Source: Minisyncoccota bacterium
GTDB lineage: Bacteria > Patescibacteriota > Minisyncoccia > Phycocordibacterales > UBA6065
NCBI GenBank assembly: GCA_036400935.1
Contig: DASWWW010000003.1
Location: 101,083-165,082, forward strand
Reading direction: 5' to 3'
Length of the DNA stretch: 64,000 nucleotides
Shown piece after piece: positions 1 through 10,642 of the stretch (the first letter of the stretch is position 1; each line of letters begins with the position of its first letter). Both the position numbers and the translations under genes were made by a program. The notes under the pieces are model-generated. The model worked only from the letters and a program-made list of their open reading frames with translations, had not been told where the DNA came from and did no database searches.

Positions 1-408
1 CTTGTCATCGTAGGATCGGGAGCAGAAGAGGCGAATCTCAAGGCGCTGGCAGCCGCCGCCGGCTTGGCGGATTCGGTCATATTCGAGCCGTGGGCGGATC
101 ACGCGACGCTTGTCTCGTACATGAAGACCTGCGATGCTTTTATTTCAGCCTCGCTCTATGAAGGCTACGGGCTGTCGATGCTCGAGGCGCATGCCGCGGG
201 CGCGACCTTGGTCGCTACGAATGCCGGCATCGCGCCGCTCCTGGCCGACGAGTCATGCCTCATAGCTCCAGGCGATGTCTCCGCCCTTGCCGCCGCCATC
301 GAATGCGCGCTCTCGGGCGAGGCGAAGAATAAGCCCTATCGGTATCCGTACCAGTCGAAATCAGCCTATCTAGATGTGTACCGCGCCGATATCGAGCGCG
401 CAAAATAG
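1..408 (+). CDS. Glycosyltransferase family 1 (GT4-like), C-terminal fragment; 5' end lies outside the window
   Basis: Frame is open from nt 1 (LVIVGSGAEEANLKALAAAAGLADSVIFEPW...). The C-terminal GT1 motif EGYGLSMLEAHAAGATLVATNAGIAPLL is present. Stop at 406-408. Confidence 0.7.
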   Translation, partial: LVIVGSGAEEANLKALAAAAGLADSVIFEPWADHATLVSYMKTCDAFISASLYEGYGLSMLEAHAAGATLVATNAGIAPLLADESCLIAPGDVSALAAAIECALSGEAKNKPYRYPYQSKSAYLDVYRADIERAK

Positions 409-416
409 CAGAAATA

Positions 417-1450
417 TGAAACTTCTTATTGTTACTCAGACGGTAGACAAGAATGACGCGATACTCGGATTTTTCCATAGGTGGATCGCCGAATTCGCCG
501 CGAAATTTGAAAAGGTGACTGTCATCGCGCTCGGCGTCGGCTCGTACGACCTGCCTTCGAATGTCACAGTGCTCTCGCTGGGCAAGGAAAAGGGCACTGG
601 CCGGCTGGGCTATATCAGGAATTTCTATTCGTACATAACGTCGAGAAAGGGAGACTACGATGCCGTATTCGTACATATGAATCCGATCTATGTCGTGCTC
701 GGATCGCCGGTATGGAAAATCCTCGGCAAGAGGATTGCCTTGTGGTACGTGCACAAGACCGTTGATCTCAAGCTTCGCCTCGCGACCATGCTTGCCGACA
801 GGGTGTTCACGGCTTCCAAAGAAAGCTTCAGGATCAAGTCGTCCAAGGTCGTAGTTACCGGTCACGGCATAGATCTGGCGAATTCGACGCTCGCGAAATT
901 CCCTCGCGACAATTCCGACGCGCAGGTGATTGCCACCCTCGGGCGCGTCTCGGCTACCAAGAACGTCGATTTCATGATCAGGGCATTCGCCCGAGCGAAA
1001 AGGGAGTATGGCCAGCCTGCCGTGTTCGAGATAATCGGGAATGCCGCGACGCCAGCGGACGAGGAGTTCAAGGATAGGCTCACGGCGCTTGTAAGCGAGC
1101 TTGGTATATCGGACTCCGTCGTATTCAAGGGGCAGATAGCCAATGAGGCCATTCCAGACTATATTGGAACGGTCGATTTGACCCTCAATGCTAGCTCGAC
1201 AGGCAGCCTCGACAAGGCGGTGCTCGAGTCGATGGCGGTCGGCGTGCCGGTCCTCTGCGCCAATGAGGCGTTCAAGGATATCCTCGGACCGTTCGGCCTT
1301 TACTGCGAGGGCCTCGACGAGGATCGGTTCGCCCTCATGCTCTCGGCGCTCCTGCGCGGCGTGCCGCTCGACAGGAAAGGCCTTCGCGCGGTCATCGAGC
1401 GCGATCATTCTCTCGCAAACCTTATCGACCGAATATCTAAAACCATATGA
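417..1450 (+). CDS. Glycosyltransferase family 1
   Basis: ATG at 417 (MKLLIVTQTVDKNDAILGFFHRWI...). C-terminal GT1 signature GSLDKAVLESMAVGVPVLCANEAFKDILGP. The stop overlaps the next start (ATGA). Confidence 0.75.
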
Positions 1451-2058
1451 AACAAGTAGACCGCGACCATTATTCTTTCAGCTCATACGCCCATGCGGGC
1501 AGATTCGCGAGCTATTACTACCAGCTTCGCGAGATTCATGACGCGAAGCCTTCTTCCGTGCTCGAGGTGGGGGTGGGCGACGCGGTTATTGGAAACTACA
1601 TCCGTGACAATACGGATATTAAGTACACGTCGATCGACGTGGCGGCCGACGTCAATCCGGACGTGATCGGCAGCGTGCTCGCCCTGCCTTTCGAGGACAA
1701 GTCGTTCGACGTCGTCTGCGCCTTTGAGGTCCTCGAGCATATCCCGTTCGAATCCTTCGACAAGGCGATAAGCGAGATGTCTCGAGTCGCCAAGGGCAGG
1801 GTGCTTGTGAGCGTCCCGCATTTTGGTCCGCCTATTAAATTCCTGATCAAGATTCCGTTCCTCCCGGAGCTCAGCTTTGCCGTAAAGATCCCGTATCATC
1901 CCGTACATAAATGGAACGGCCAGCACTACTGGGAGCTCGGCAAGAAGGGCTATTCCAAGAGGGCGGTGATCGAGATCATGTCAAAGTACGGGAAGGTGAT
2001 CAGTGAGTACGTTCCGTTCGAGAACCAGTACCACCATTTCTTTATACTTGAAAAGTAG
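1447..2058 (+). CDS. Class I SAM-dependent methyltransferase (type 11-like)
   Basis: Motif I VLEVGVGDAVIG and the ALPFEDKSFDVVCAFEVLEHIP motif typical of SAM methyltransferases. Confidence 0.7.
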   Translation: MKQVDRDHYSFSSYAHAGRFASYYYQLREIHDAKPSSVLEVGVGDAVIGNYIRDNTDIKYTSIDVAADVNPDVIGSVLALPFEDKSFDVVCAFEVLEHIPFESFDKAISEMSRVAKGRVLVSVPHFGPPIKFLIKIPFLPELSFAVKIPYHPVHKWNGQHYWELGKKGYSKRAVIEIMSKYGKVISEYVPFENQYHHFFILEK

Positions 2059-3183
2059 ATGAAGCTCGCATACATCGTAAACGCACGCATACCGACCGAG
2101 AAGGCGCACGGATACCAGATATCCAAGATGTGTTCGGAGTTCGCCAAGGCGGGCGCAGACGTTACGCTGTTTTTTCCGGACAGAAGGAATGACATCGGCA
2201 AGGATCTCTTTGAGTATTACGGGATCGAGAAGAATTTCAACGTCGTCGCGGTACGTTGCCTCGATGCGGTACGTTTCGCGCCTGTTCTGCGAGGCTTGGC
2301 ATTCGTTATTCAGACAAAGCTTTTTTTGAAGGCCCTGAAAGCCGCCAATATCGACAAGGAGACGGTCGTCTACACGCGTAACCCCGAGGTTGCATCCGAA
2401 TATTATAAGAAAGGGAACAGGGTTTTTTACGATGCCCATAATTTCCCCGAAAAGGATCCGGCACGGATCGTAAATGCCTTGAGGGGCGTGAGCGGCATCG
2501 TCGCGAACTCGTCGGGAACGGCCAGGGCTTTCAAGGAAGCGGGATTCGAGCGCGTCCTCGTCGCCCATAACGGCGTCGACATATCGGAGTTCGACGTACG
2601 GCTTGATTCCAGGGAGGCCCGAGCCCGCATGGGCTTGCGACAGGACGCGAAGATCGCTATGTATGTCGGCCACCTCTACGCGTGGAAGGGCATTGATCTC
2701 GTCGTCGAGGCGGCGGTCCGCCTTCCTGACGTGCTGTTTGCTGTTGTTGGCGGTACAAAGAAGGACATTTTGAAATATGAAAATATAAAGAAGGCGCGAA
2801 ATCTGGCGAACGTCTATTTTCTCGGTCACAGGGCTCGCAAGGACATTCCGGTCTTTCTTCGCGCCGCTGACGTCCTCCTGCTCCCTAACGCTGCGGTGTC
2901 CGCAGAGTCTGAAAAGTACACCTCGCCTCTAAAGATGTTTGAATACATGGCGTCATCGACACCGATCGTCGCGTCCGACTTGCCTTCGATGAGGGAGGTG
3001 CTGGATCAGAATACCGCCACGTTCTTCGCGCCGGGGGATGCAGGGCAGCTCATTTCGGCTATCGAGCGAGTGCTCGGAAATGCGAGCGAGGGCATGGCCA
3101 AGGCCCGGCTCGCGCGAATCAAGGCCGAAGGCTATACATGGGACAACAGGGCCAAAGCTATACTTAATTTTATCAAAGGGTAA
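2059..3183 (+). CDS. Glycosyltransferase family 1
   Basis: GT1 C-terminal domain (GHLYAWKGIDLVVEAA...; E-x7-E-like region KMFEYMASSTPIVASDLPSMREVL). Confidence 0.75.
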   Translation: MKLAYIVNARIPTEKAHGYQISKMCSEFAKAGADVTLFFPDRRNDIGKDLFEYYGIEKNFNVVAVRCLDAVRFAPVLRGLAFVIQTKLFLKALKAANIDKETVVYTRNPEVASEYYKKGNRVFYDAHNFPEKDPARIVNALRGVSGIVANSSGTARAFKEAGFERVLVAHNGVDISEFDVRLDSREARARMGLRQDAKIAMYVGHLYAWKGIDLVVEAAVRLPDVLFAVVGGTKKDILKYENIKKARNLANVYFLGHRARKDIPVFLRAADVLLLPNAAVSAESEKYTSPLKMFEYMASSTPIVASDLPSMREVLDQNTATFFAPGDAGQLISAIERVLGNASEGMAKARLARIKAEGYTWDNRAKAILNFIKG

Positions 3184-3194
3184 TATTAGCCATT

Positions 3195-4955
3195 ATGTGC
3201 GGAATCATCGGAACAAACGAGAATAACGAGGCGCTGATCCGCAAAGCGGGCAAGGCTTTCGCGTACCGCGGCCCTGACGCTTCGGCGACCTTTTCCGACA
3301 AATCCGTGACCCTCGGCCATCATAGGCTTTCGATCATGGATGTCGACCCGCGTTCGACCCAGCCTTTATGCGATGCCGATAGGAAGATTTGGATCGTATT
3401 CAACGGCGAGATATTCAATTTCAAGGAAGTCCGCGCTCTTCTCGAGAGCAAATACGAATTCAATACGACGTCGGATACCGAAGTCCTCGTCTATGCTTAC
3501 AAGGAGTGGGGCAAGGACATGACCAAGCACATCGAGGGCATGTACGCCTTTGCTATTTACGATACTGACAAGCAGACGGTGCTCTTGCTCCGAGACCATC
3601 AGGGTATCAAGCCGCTTTATTACTATGCAAAGGATGGAGTCTTTGCGTTTGCCTCTGAGGTGAAAGGCCTCACGAAGCTTTTGCGCGAGAAAAAGCTTCC
3701 GCTCGATCTCGATCCTAAAGCTATCGAGCTCTATACGGTCTTTGGCTACATTCCGTCGCCGCGCTCGCTCTATAAGGACGTCTTGAAATTGCCGAAGGGC
3801 TCTTACTTCACGTACGATCTTAAGGCGAAGAAGGTTGCGGAAATGGGCAAGTCCGAATTCGCGCCCAAGAAGGTGTCGAGCGAGAAGGAATACATCGATC
3901 TCATCGAGAAGAAAGTGCTGTCGCATCTCATCGCGGACGTTCCTGTCGGCGTATTCTTCTCAGGCGGAACCGATTCGACGCTTATCGCAGCCATCTTGCA
4001 CAAGCACAAGGTCGACCTTGAGACCTTTTCCATCAAGCTCGACTACAAGACCGAGGACGCAAAGTACTTCTCGATGATCAGCGAGCATCTGAAGCTCAAA
4101 TCGAACGTCTATGATTTCGACGCGGGTACTTTGGACTCAGTCTATGAGGAGGTCATGGGCAAGCTCGACGAGCCGACCTACGACAATTCGATATTCCCGA
4201 CGTATTATGTTTCGAAGATGGCGGCTCAGAAGGTGAAGGTAGTGCTTTCGGGCGAGGGGGGCGATGAATTCTTCTATGGCTACCCGCGCAGCCTCGAATT
4301 GAGCAAGATGAAGGACTCATCTGACTACTCTTTGTCGTTCCTCGATTACCTGTATTTCGCATTGCCTCCGTTCAAGGCTAAGAATCATATCTTTCAGAAG
4401 GTTTTCAGGATATTCAAGAAGCCGATCAGCTATTACATCCTCCAGATGTCCATCGCTCGCGACAGGGCGACCCTGGCGTCTTGGAAGGCGGCAAAGAAGG
4501 AGTGCCGAGCGCGCTCGATACGGCCGCTCGCATTGGATCAGGAGCTCTATCTTGAGAACGATCTTTTGCGCAAGACCGATTTGGCCACATCGTATTCGTC
4601 AATCGAAGGGCGCGTGCCGCTGCTCGATATAGACATCTTGAGCAATCATGAGGTTGTCGAGGTTATGAAGCTTGAAGGCGGAGTGCTCAAGGCATTCTTG
4701 AAGAAGCTCCTTGCGACATATATACCGCGCGAGATGGTGTATAGGTCAAAGAGCGGCTTCGGCGTGAACATGGTCACATTCTTCGAGCGATCGAAATACC
4801 TCCGAGCCGACCTCGAGAAGGCTATTGCATTTCTCGCTGAGAGGGGCGTAAAGACCCCTCGCGTCGGGAATATCGATACTGCCATAAGGAAATACCCATA
4901 CCTGTGCTTTGCCCTGATATCCCTCTACAGGTCGATAATCAATAACGAGCGCTAG
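3195..4955 (+). CDS. asnB: Asparagine synthetase (glutamine-hydrolysing) AsnB-type amidotransferase, probably acting as a sugar amidotransferase within the glycan cluster
   Basis: N-terminal MCGIIG (class II glutamine amidotransferase Cys2) and the PP-loop SGGTDS in the synthetase domain. Confidence 0.85.
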   Translation: MCGIIGTNENNEALIRKAGKAFAYRGPDASATFSDKSVTLGHHRLSIMDVDPRSTQPLCDADRKIWIVFNGEIFNFKEVRALLESKYEFNTTSDTEVLVYAYKEWGKDMTKHIEGMYAFAIYDTDKQTVLLLRDHQGIKPLYYYAKDGVFAFASEVKGLTKLLREKKLPLDLDPKAIELYTVFGYIPSPRSLYKDVLKLPKGSYFTYDLKAKKVAEMGKSEFAPKKVSSEKEYIDLIEKKVLSHLIADVPVGVFFSGGTDSTLIAAILHKHKVDLETFSIKLDYKTEDAKYFSMISEHLKLKSNVYDFDAGTLDSVYEEVMGKLDEPTYDNSIFPTYYVSKMAAQKVKVVLSGEGGDEFFYGYPRSLELSKMKDSSDYSLSFLDYLYFALPPFKAKNHIFQKVFRIFKKPISYYILQMSIARDRATLASWKAAKKECRARSIRPLALDQELYLENDLLRKTDLATSYSSIEGRVPLLDIDILSNHEVVEVMKLEGGVLKAFLKKLLATYIPREMVYRSKSGFGVNMVTFFERSKYLRADLEKAIAFLAERGVKTPRVGNIDTAIRKYPYLCFALISLYRSIINNER

Positions 4956-6008
4956 ATGAAAGTCCTCTACCTCTTCAACGGCACCCGCGCGGGCCTCAAG
5001 GAAAAGATACAGACCGGCGAATACCACGGCGGCGGCTTCTGGGGCATGCTCCAGCTCCTGGAATTCGGCATCGAGTCCGATTACATGGAGATCGAGCAGA
5101 CGTACTCTGCGGGCATTGTCCGATTCATCCGCAAGCACGTCCCTGTATACGGCATACACCTGCCGATCTTTTGGAAAATATTTTCATACGACATCGTATT
5201 CACCTCGTCAGCATTCATGAGCCAGCTCGCTCATGCGGTTTTGCATATTCGAAAGCCGATCTGGGTCATGCACGATTTCAGCATCATGAGCCTCATCGGG
5301 GAGGGAAAGACTCTCAAGCAGAAGATGTTCCGATACATGGTCGAGCGGTCGGGCGGCATCGTAACCCTCTCGAATGACGAGACTGACAGGCTCAAGAAGG
5401 CGTTTCCGCATCTCGCGTCGCGCATCGAGCTCGTGCCCTTCGGAGTCGATCTGGATTTCTTCAAGCCAAAGAGCGCTTCGGCAGGAGAGGGAGTAATCGC
5501 AGTCGGATTCGATCCTGAGCGCGACTGGAAAACGCTCGCCGAGGCGGCGAAATCCGTGAGCGTTCCGATCACGGTCGCGACCCGCGAATCCCGCATCGCG
5601 CACCTGCGCCCGCTTCCGGCAAATGTCACCGTGAGGCAGTTTTCCGTAAAGGAATTGGTCTCTGCGTATGACGATGCGGCTATCATAGTCGTGCCCCTCA
5701 ATACTTCATCCGGCGTAAACGACGCCATGGGACTCTCTACCGTCTATGAGGGCATGGCGATGGGCAAGCCTGTGATCGCTACCCGCACGAAGGCGACCGA
5801 GACATACATCAAGGACGGTGAGAACGGACTTCTTGTGTCTGAGGGCGACGCAGCGGCGCTCGCCTCGACAATCAATTCGCTTCTGGCGAATCCTGAGAAA
5901 TCTCGAAAGATCGGCGCGGCAGGGCGCATGTATGCGGAAAAGCATCTCGATATCCATGAGTGCGGTGGAAAATTGGCAGCCTTCTTTAAGGCGCTGAAGA
6001 TTAAATAA
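4956..6008 (+). CDS. Glycosyltransferase family 1
   Basis: GT1 C-terminal motif GLSTVYEGMAMGKPVIATRTKATETYIKDGENGLLV. Confidence 0.75.
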   Translation: MKVLYLFNGTRAGLKEKIQTGEYHGGGFWGMLQLLEFGIESDYMEIEQTYSAGIVRFIRKHVPVYGIHLPIFWKIFSYDIVFTSSAFMSQLAHAVLHIRKPIWVMHDFSIMSLIGEGKTLKQKMFRYMVERSGGIVTLSNDETDRLKKAFPHLASRIELVPFGVDLDFFKPKSASAGEGVIAVGFDPERDWKTLAEAAKSVSVPITVATRESRIAHLRPLPANVTVRQFSVKELVSAYDDAAIIVVPLNTSSGVNDAMGLSTVYEGMAMGKPVIATRTKATETYIKDGENGLLVSEGDAAALASTINSLLANPEKSRKIGAAGRMYAEKHLDIHECGGKLAAFFKALKIK

Positions 6009-6702
6009 GATCCTTCCTTACGAAGAGGGAGTCCTCGTATATGAGCTTGTCGGTATCCTTGCTGTAGTGGCGCGCCATGTCGCCGTAATAGGCGAAGCCG
6101 AGGCCTGTCATGAGCTTGTAAATGTCGTCGAACAGAGGCTGCTTCTCGTAGAGGGCGACATACGACGTCTCGATGACTACCGCGGACGCTTTCTTGACGG
6201 TCTCCTTGCCGCCGAGGATTACTTTGTCCTCAAATCCCTGGACGTCCATCTTTATGAAAATGCCGGGCTCGAGATTTGCATCCTTAAGCACGTCGTCGAG
6301 TCGCTCGATCGAAATGGTCTCCTTGGTAGAGTCCTTGCTCTTCGGATAGAGCTTCTTGTGAAGGTCCGACATGACAAGAAGGGACGAGCTCGGGTGAAAC
6401 GAGCTCCTCTCGATCGTGGTCGATCCCTTTGTATCGCCGAGTGCGGTATTGAACGCCTTGAATTTTGCATCGTTCGGAAGGCTCGCTTCGAGGGATTTGA
6501 AGCAGTCCTTGAGAGGCTCAAAGGAATAGATGGCAGCGTCAGGGAAGAGGGCGCGCATCTCCTTTGCGTAATGGCCGGTATTGGCGCCGATGTCTATGAT
6601 CGTGCGGATGTTCAGGGGTCGGATCGTCGTATCGAGCGTCGGCCTGTATTTCTTGATGTCGTATCCGAACTTATTGAGAAGCCTTTTTATCTTGAGAAGC
6701 AT
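6001..6702 (-). CDS. FkbM-family methyltransferase
   Basis: IIDIGANTGHYAKEM, the FkbM-type SAM-binding motif. The 3' end overlaps the convergent GT by 8 nt. Confidence 0.7.
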   Translation of the reverse strand: MLLKIKRLLNKFGYDIKKYRPTLDTTIRPLNIRTIIDIGANTGHYAKEMRALFPDAAIYSFEPLKDCFKSLEASLPNDAKFKAFNTALGDTKGSTTIERSSFHPSSSLLVMSDLHKKLYPKSKDSTKETISIERLDDVLKDANLEPGIFIKMDVQGFEDKVILGGKETVKKASAVVIETSYVALYEKQPLFDDIYKLMTGLGFAYYGDMARHYSKDTDKLIYEDSLFVRKDLI

Positions 6703-6703
6703 A

Positions 6704-7612
6704 TTAGAGTATTTTATACGATTTGAACTGTTTCATCGTGAGCTTGCCGTCTGCCGACTCGACGTATTGCTCGTTTGGCCTTCCGAAAAAGAGGGGATAA
6801 AGAGCGACGAAGGCGGGCTCGAGCTTTGGAAATATTTTTGTGATACGTGACTGTGGCGAGAAGAAGAGGCGCGCCTTCCATGCCTTTGCGCTGCGGACTG
6901 GACGGGCGTTGTTCTGCTCGCCCTTGTATCGGGATATGCCTTTTGAAAGCTGTCCTTCTCTTTTCCTGAAATTGCTGATGTGCTTGTTGAGAGAGAGCAG
7001 CGGGCTGTGCTTTGCCATCTCGATCCAGAGCCAGTAGTCGCCGGCGCTTCGGTAGTGGCTTGGGATAGGGCCGCTCTTCTTCCAGAGGTCCATGGTAAAG
7101 AATACGCTGTCTGCCTCGACGAAATATGCCTCCTGGCCGTATATGCCGAGGGAGAGCCAGTCTTGCCTGTAGAGCTTGCAGTTTCCGGCGCGCAGAAGCT
7201 CGCTCTTTTCGCCGATCGTCGAGGTGATGCCCTTGACCCACTGCGTCCCCGGGTAGGCCGTAAAGACTTTCTTCATTGCCTGGAATGCTCCCGGATCGAA
7301 CGTGTTGTCGGCGTCGACCCATGTCGCAATGTCTCCAGACGCTTTAGAGAATCCGTTGTTCATGGCGACGATCGCCCCGCCATTCTGCTGAAGGTGGTAT
7401 TGGAAAGTAACGCCCTTACACTTGATGGGGTATTGCTTGGATGAAATCTTTTTCTCGTACTCGCGAGCTATGGTCGCGGTGCGATCCTTGGAGCCGTCAT
7501 CGATGACGATGTATTCGATAGTGAAATCGCCCTCCTGAGAGATGACGCTCTCGATGGTCTCGGCGATCCAGCGCTCCATGTTGTATGCGGGAGTGACGAT
7601 GGAGATTTTCAT
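6704..7612 (-). CDS. Glycosyltransferase family 2
   Basis: MKISIVTPAYNMERWIAETIESVISQ...IVIDDGSKDRT, the GT2 N-terminal DxD region. Confidence 0.8.
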   Translation of the reverse strand: MKISIVTPAYNMERWIAETIESVISQEGDFTIEYIVIDDGSKDRTATIAREYEKKISSKQYPIKCKGVTFQYHLQQNGGAIVAMNNGFSKASGDIATWVDADNTFDPGAFQAMKKVFTAYPGTQWVKGITSTIGEKSELLRAGNCKLYRQDWLSLGIYGQEAYFVEADSVFFTMDLWKKSGPIPSHYRSAGDYWLWIEMAKHSPLLSLNKHISNFRKREGQLSKGISRYKGEQNNARPVRSAKAWKARLFFSPQSRITKIFPKLEPAFVALYPLFFGRPNEQYVESADGKLTMKQFKSYKIL

Positions 7613-8473
7613 TTATTTGAGGTATTTCTCGTAGCCGACGTAATCAGGGTTCGCTTTCTTGACGTCCCAGTTGTAGAGGGGGAGCTTGAACGACCAGTTG
7701 TTCTTGAAGACGTGCGCGGTATGCATGAGGAAGTCGCGGCCGGTGCCTCGTCCTGACGGCACGCCCCAAGTTCGGGCATTCCTTGTTCGCAGGTTCACGC
7801 CTGCAGCGATGACCTCGCGCCTGAAGAGCACGTTATTGTCTCCGCCCGGATAGTTGTGGAGCTTGCCCCAGAAGAGCGGGCGGGTATACGGGAACCACTT
7901 GAGTGAGAAGGGGATGAATCGGTGGAAAGGCAGGCGCATGAGGGGGCCGTGGCACTCCTTCACGATCTTGTTGATGACTTCCGGCCTGATGACTACGGCC
8001 TCCTCGCCGAGCTCCTTGAAGATGCGGTCGACGTCGAGGGTCCTATTGAGCTTGTCAGGGCTGCCATCGAACCAGTCGACGGTGACCATGGTCGCATTGT
8101 ATTTCTGGGCGAGATTGTACTCGACCTCGATGCGATTCAGGAGCGATGCATCGTCGGAATCCTGAGTGGTTATCCAGCCGCCCTTGGCGATGCGGAAGCC
8201 GAAAGCGCGCGCCGACCAGCCGGCATTGATGTCGTAGCCGCGCCAGTTCGTGCGGGAGGGGACCTTCGGATTGCGGTAGAGCTTTACCCGAGGATCCTTC
8301 TTCGTAATAGCCTCTACGGCAGCGTATGAGCCGTCGGTCGAGCCGTCATCGACGACGATGATCTCGAGGTTCTTCCATGTCTGGTTGCAGATAGACTCGA
8401 CGGCGCGCACCGCGCGCACTTCCTCGTTGTAGACCGGGATGACGACTGATATGAGGGGCTGGTTATTTTGCAT
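7613..8473 (-). CDS. Glycosyltransferase family 2
   Basis: ISVVIPVYNEE...IIVVDDGSTDGS, a GT2 signature. Confidence 0.8.
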   Translation of the reverse strand: MQNNQPLISVVIPVYNEEVRAVRAVESICNQTWKNLEIIVVDDGSTDGSYAAVEAITKKDPRVKLYRNPKVPSRTNWRGYDINAGWSARAFGFRIAKGGWITTQDSDDASLLNRIEVEYNLAQKYNATMVTVDWFDGSPDKLNRTLDVDRIFKELGEEAVVIRPEVINKIVKECHGPLMRLPFHRFIPFSLKWFPYTRPLFWGKLHNYPGGDNNVLFRREVIAAGVNLRTRNARTWGVPSGRGTGRDFLMHTAHVFKNNWSFKLPLYNWDVKKANPDYVGYEKYLK

Positions 8474-9650
8474 GATTTTTTTCTAGATATGAAACGAATG
8501 ATTTGAAATTGGCGGCGAACGATTCTCTGGTGTGGTTCTTCAGAACGTATTCTCGAGTCTTCCTGGATCTTTCCCAGAGCTTTTCGGCGGGTTCTGCTGC
8601 CAGGTCTCGGACGGCTTTGCGTATCGATTCGAGTGAGCAATCGGGCAGCATGATCCCGAAGTCGCCGGTTTCGATACCGGTCTCTTTGCTCACGATCGGT
8701 ATGAGGCCGGCATGCATGGCGAGGAGCACTGCCGTAGAGCAGCCTTCGGCGCTCGAAGGGTACACGATGGATATCGAATTCTTGAGGACATCCTCGAATA
8801 CCTTGCTCGAAGGGTCCATGTGGCCCATGGCTTTTATATTCGGGGTCTGAGTAAGCTCCTTTGCGTACGCGTCGGTAAAGTCCTTCTCGCCGTCGTACTT
8901 GCCGCAGGCCGCAAGGGTGAGCTCGGGCATGCCGGCGAACGCCTCGAGGGCGAGGTCGAGGCCCTTGCGCACGACTCCGGATCCGCCGAACCAGATGAAA
9001 TTCTTGCGCGCTTTCGAGATGTCACGGTCGAATTCAGGGTAGGTGTGAGAGCTGCTCGGAGGTACGCTGAAAATAGGCTTCTTGAGGAAGTCGTAGGTGC
9101 TGTTAGGGAACGTGCCGCACAGGCTGCTGAGTACGTGCGCTACGTCGGGCGCTCGCGTCGGCCGGGCGGTTCGTCGCGGGAAGATGGTCGCTCCGCGGCG
9201 TTTCTGTATGTCGGCTAGCCGATTGTACTCGGCCGAGTTCCAGAAGAGCCAATGACCGGCAGTCGCGTAGAACACGAGGATGCACTCGGGGTTGAGGAGC
9301 TTTGAGAGCCTCTCGAGCGACGAGTCGATATCGATGCAGTACGCGTACTTGTGCTTTGGCTTGAACGAGCCGTTATTGAAATCGATGACATCCACGATGT
9401 ATCCGCGATCGACGAATTCCTGCGCCATCTGGACGCATTCCCACCTGTTTGAGTGTCCGTCGAGGATCTTTGGATCCTTTACAAGGAAGGGCAGGGTCGT
9501 ATACGAGAGGAGCACGCGGCCCTTCGGCTCCGAGGCGGGCTTGAGCGTCACTGCGCCCCCGGAAAGCTTGAATATCGCCCTGCTCGCGATCTGATTTACG
9601 GGAAGCTTTCGGATGACGGAATGTATGTGGGCGATTTTCTTGTGGATCAT
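8463..9650 (-). CDS. Glycosyltransferase family 1
   Basis: C-terminal GT1-like region EGCSTAVLLAMHAGLIPIVSKETG. Confidence 0.65.
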   Translation of the reverse strand: MIHKKIAHIHSVIRKLPVNQIASRAIFKLSGGAVTLKPASEPKGRVLLSYTTLPFLVKDPKILDGHSNRWECVQMAQEFVDRGYIVDVIDFNNGSFKPKHKYAYCIDIDSSLERLSKLLNPECILVFYATAGHWLFWNSAEYNRLADIQKRRGATIFPRRTARPTRAPDVAHVLSSLCGTFPNSTYDFLKKPIFSVPPSSSHTYPEFDRDISKARKNFIWFGGSGVVRKGLDLALEAFAGMPELTLAACGKYDGEKDFTDAYAKELTQTPNIKAMGHMDPSSKVFEDVLKNSISIVYPSSAEGCSTAVLLAMHAGLIPIVSKETGIETGDFGIMLPDCSLESIRKAVRDLAAEPAEKLWERSRKTREYVLKNHTRESFAANFKSFVSYLEKNHAK

Positions 9651-9682
9651 GTGGGCTCTGGTTTTTATGTCAACCGATTATA

Positions 9683-10642
9683 TCACGGCCGAATAGGCAT
9701 CAGCTTGATGATTTTCTGCGTTCTTTGCGTCCTGCCAGCATCGTTAAGGTGGGTCGGGGCATCGTAGAAAAGTCCCGCAGGGTACATGAAATCTTTCTGG
9801 CTGCCGACGAATGTCGAGGAAGGAAAAGCTTTCCTGAGCTCCGCCTCGCGGCTCTGGGCTGCCTGCATCGTGCTTGTTGGCGCGGACTCGAGGAGCGGCG
9901 CCCACGATATGAACACTTTTACGCCTTTTTCCTTCATCGACGCGGTCATCCGGACGAGCGTCTCGAGCGAGCCGGAGTCCGCCTGAGGACGGATGAAGCT
10001 CTCGGTTGCCTTGGCCATGTCTTCGGGAGATATTATCGATTCATCGAGAAGAGGCGAATCGATGTCGCCGAAGGCGTTCACGTTCTTGAGCGAATAGACG
10101 CTCGAGGACTGCTTGCCCGATATCTTGTGGGCAATGGATTCAAGCCTGCCTCGGAACCAGCCGGGCAATGCGCGCGTCATGGCGACCACGGTGTGCGGGT
10201 TGAGAATATCTACGACATGAGACGGATTCTCGAGTACTGTCTCGAGGAGTATATGTCCGTCGCCCCCTGGCGGCTGGTGGAGGAGCTCGTATTCCGGAAG
10301 GATGAGGACGATATCGCCCTTGCCCACATGAGGGACGATGACCCTCTCGATAAAACGCAAGCCGAAGCCGGCAAAGACGCCGGTATTCACGACATTCACG
10401 CCGGTCTTTTCCTTGAAGAGCTTCGAGTCGAAGCCGATTGCCGAGCCAGATCCGCCCATGACGATCAGTCGCGGCGCGGCCGTAGCCCCAAGGAGCGACT
10501 CCTTCTTGGCGAGGCTGCGGGCGTACGAGTCTGAGTTCCTGCTCGCGAGGGCGAGGAGGGCTACGACGGCGAATGCGACAAGCGCGAGGCCGATTGCCTT
10601 GCATGAGAATCGCAGGAAGAGTTTTTGTTCTTGAGTAAGCAT
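9683..10642 (-). CDS. DltD/AlgJ-like (SGNH-type) O-acyltransferase partner protein, translationally coupled to the MBOAT gene
   Basis: Start MLTQEQKLFL overlaps the MBOAT stop (TGATG). N-terminal membrane anchor followed by an extracytoplasmic domain. Position and architecture match DltD/PatB/AlgJ partners of MBOAT enzymes. Confidence 0.55.
   Translation of the reverse strand: MLTQEQKLFLRFSCKAIGLALVAFAVVALLALASRNSDSYARSLAKKESLLGATAAPRLIVMGGSGSAIGFDSKLFKEKTGVNVVNTGVFAGFGLRFIERVIVPHVGKGDIVLILPEYELLHQPPGGDGHILLETVLENPSHVVDILNPHTVVAMTRALPGWFRGRLESIAHKISGKQSSSVYSLKNVNAFGDIDSPLLDESIISPEDMAKATESFIRPQADSGSLETLVRMTASMKEKGVKVFISWAPLLESAPTSTMQAAQSREAELRKAFPSSTFVGSQKDFMYPAGLFYDAPTHLNDAGRTQRTQKIIKLMPIRP

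Noticed and set aside
260-1408. 382-aa minus-strand ORF antisense to the first two glycosyltransferase genes
   Set aside because: Arg/Glu-rich low-complexity translation typical of an antisense frame in GC-rich coding DNA; overlaps two well-supported GT1 genes.
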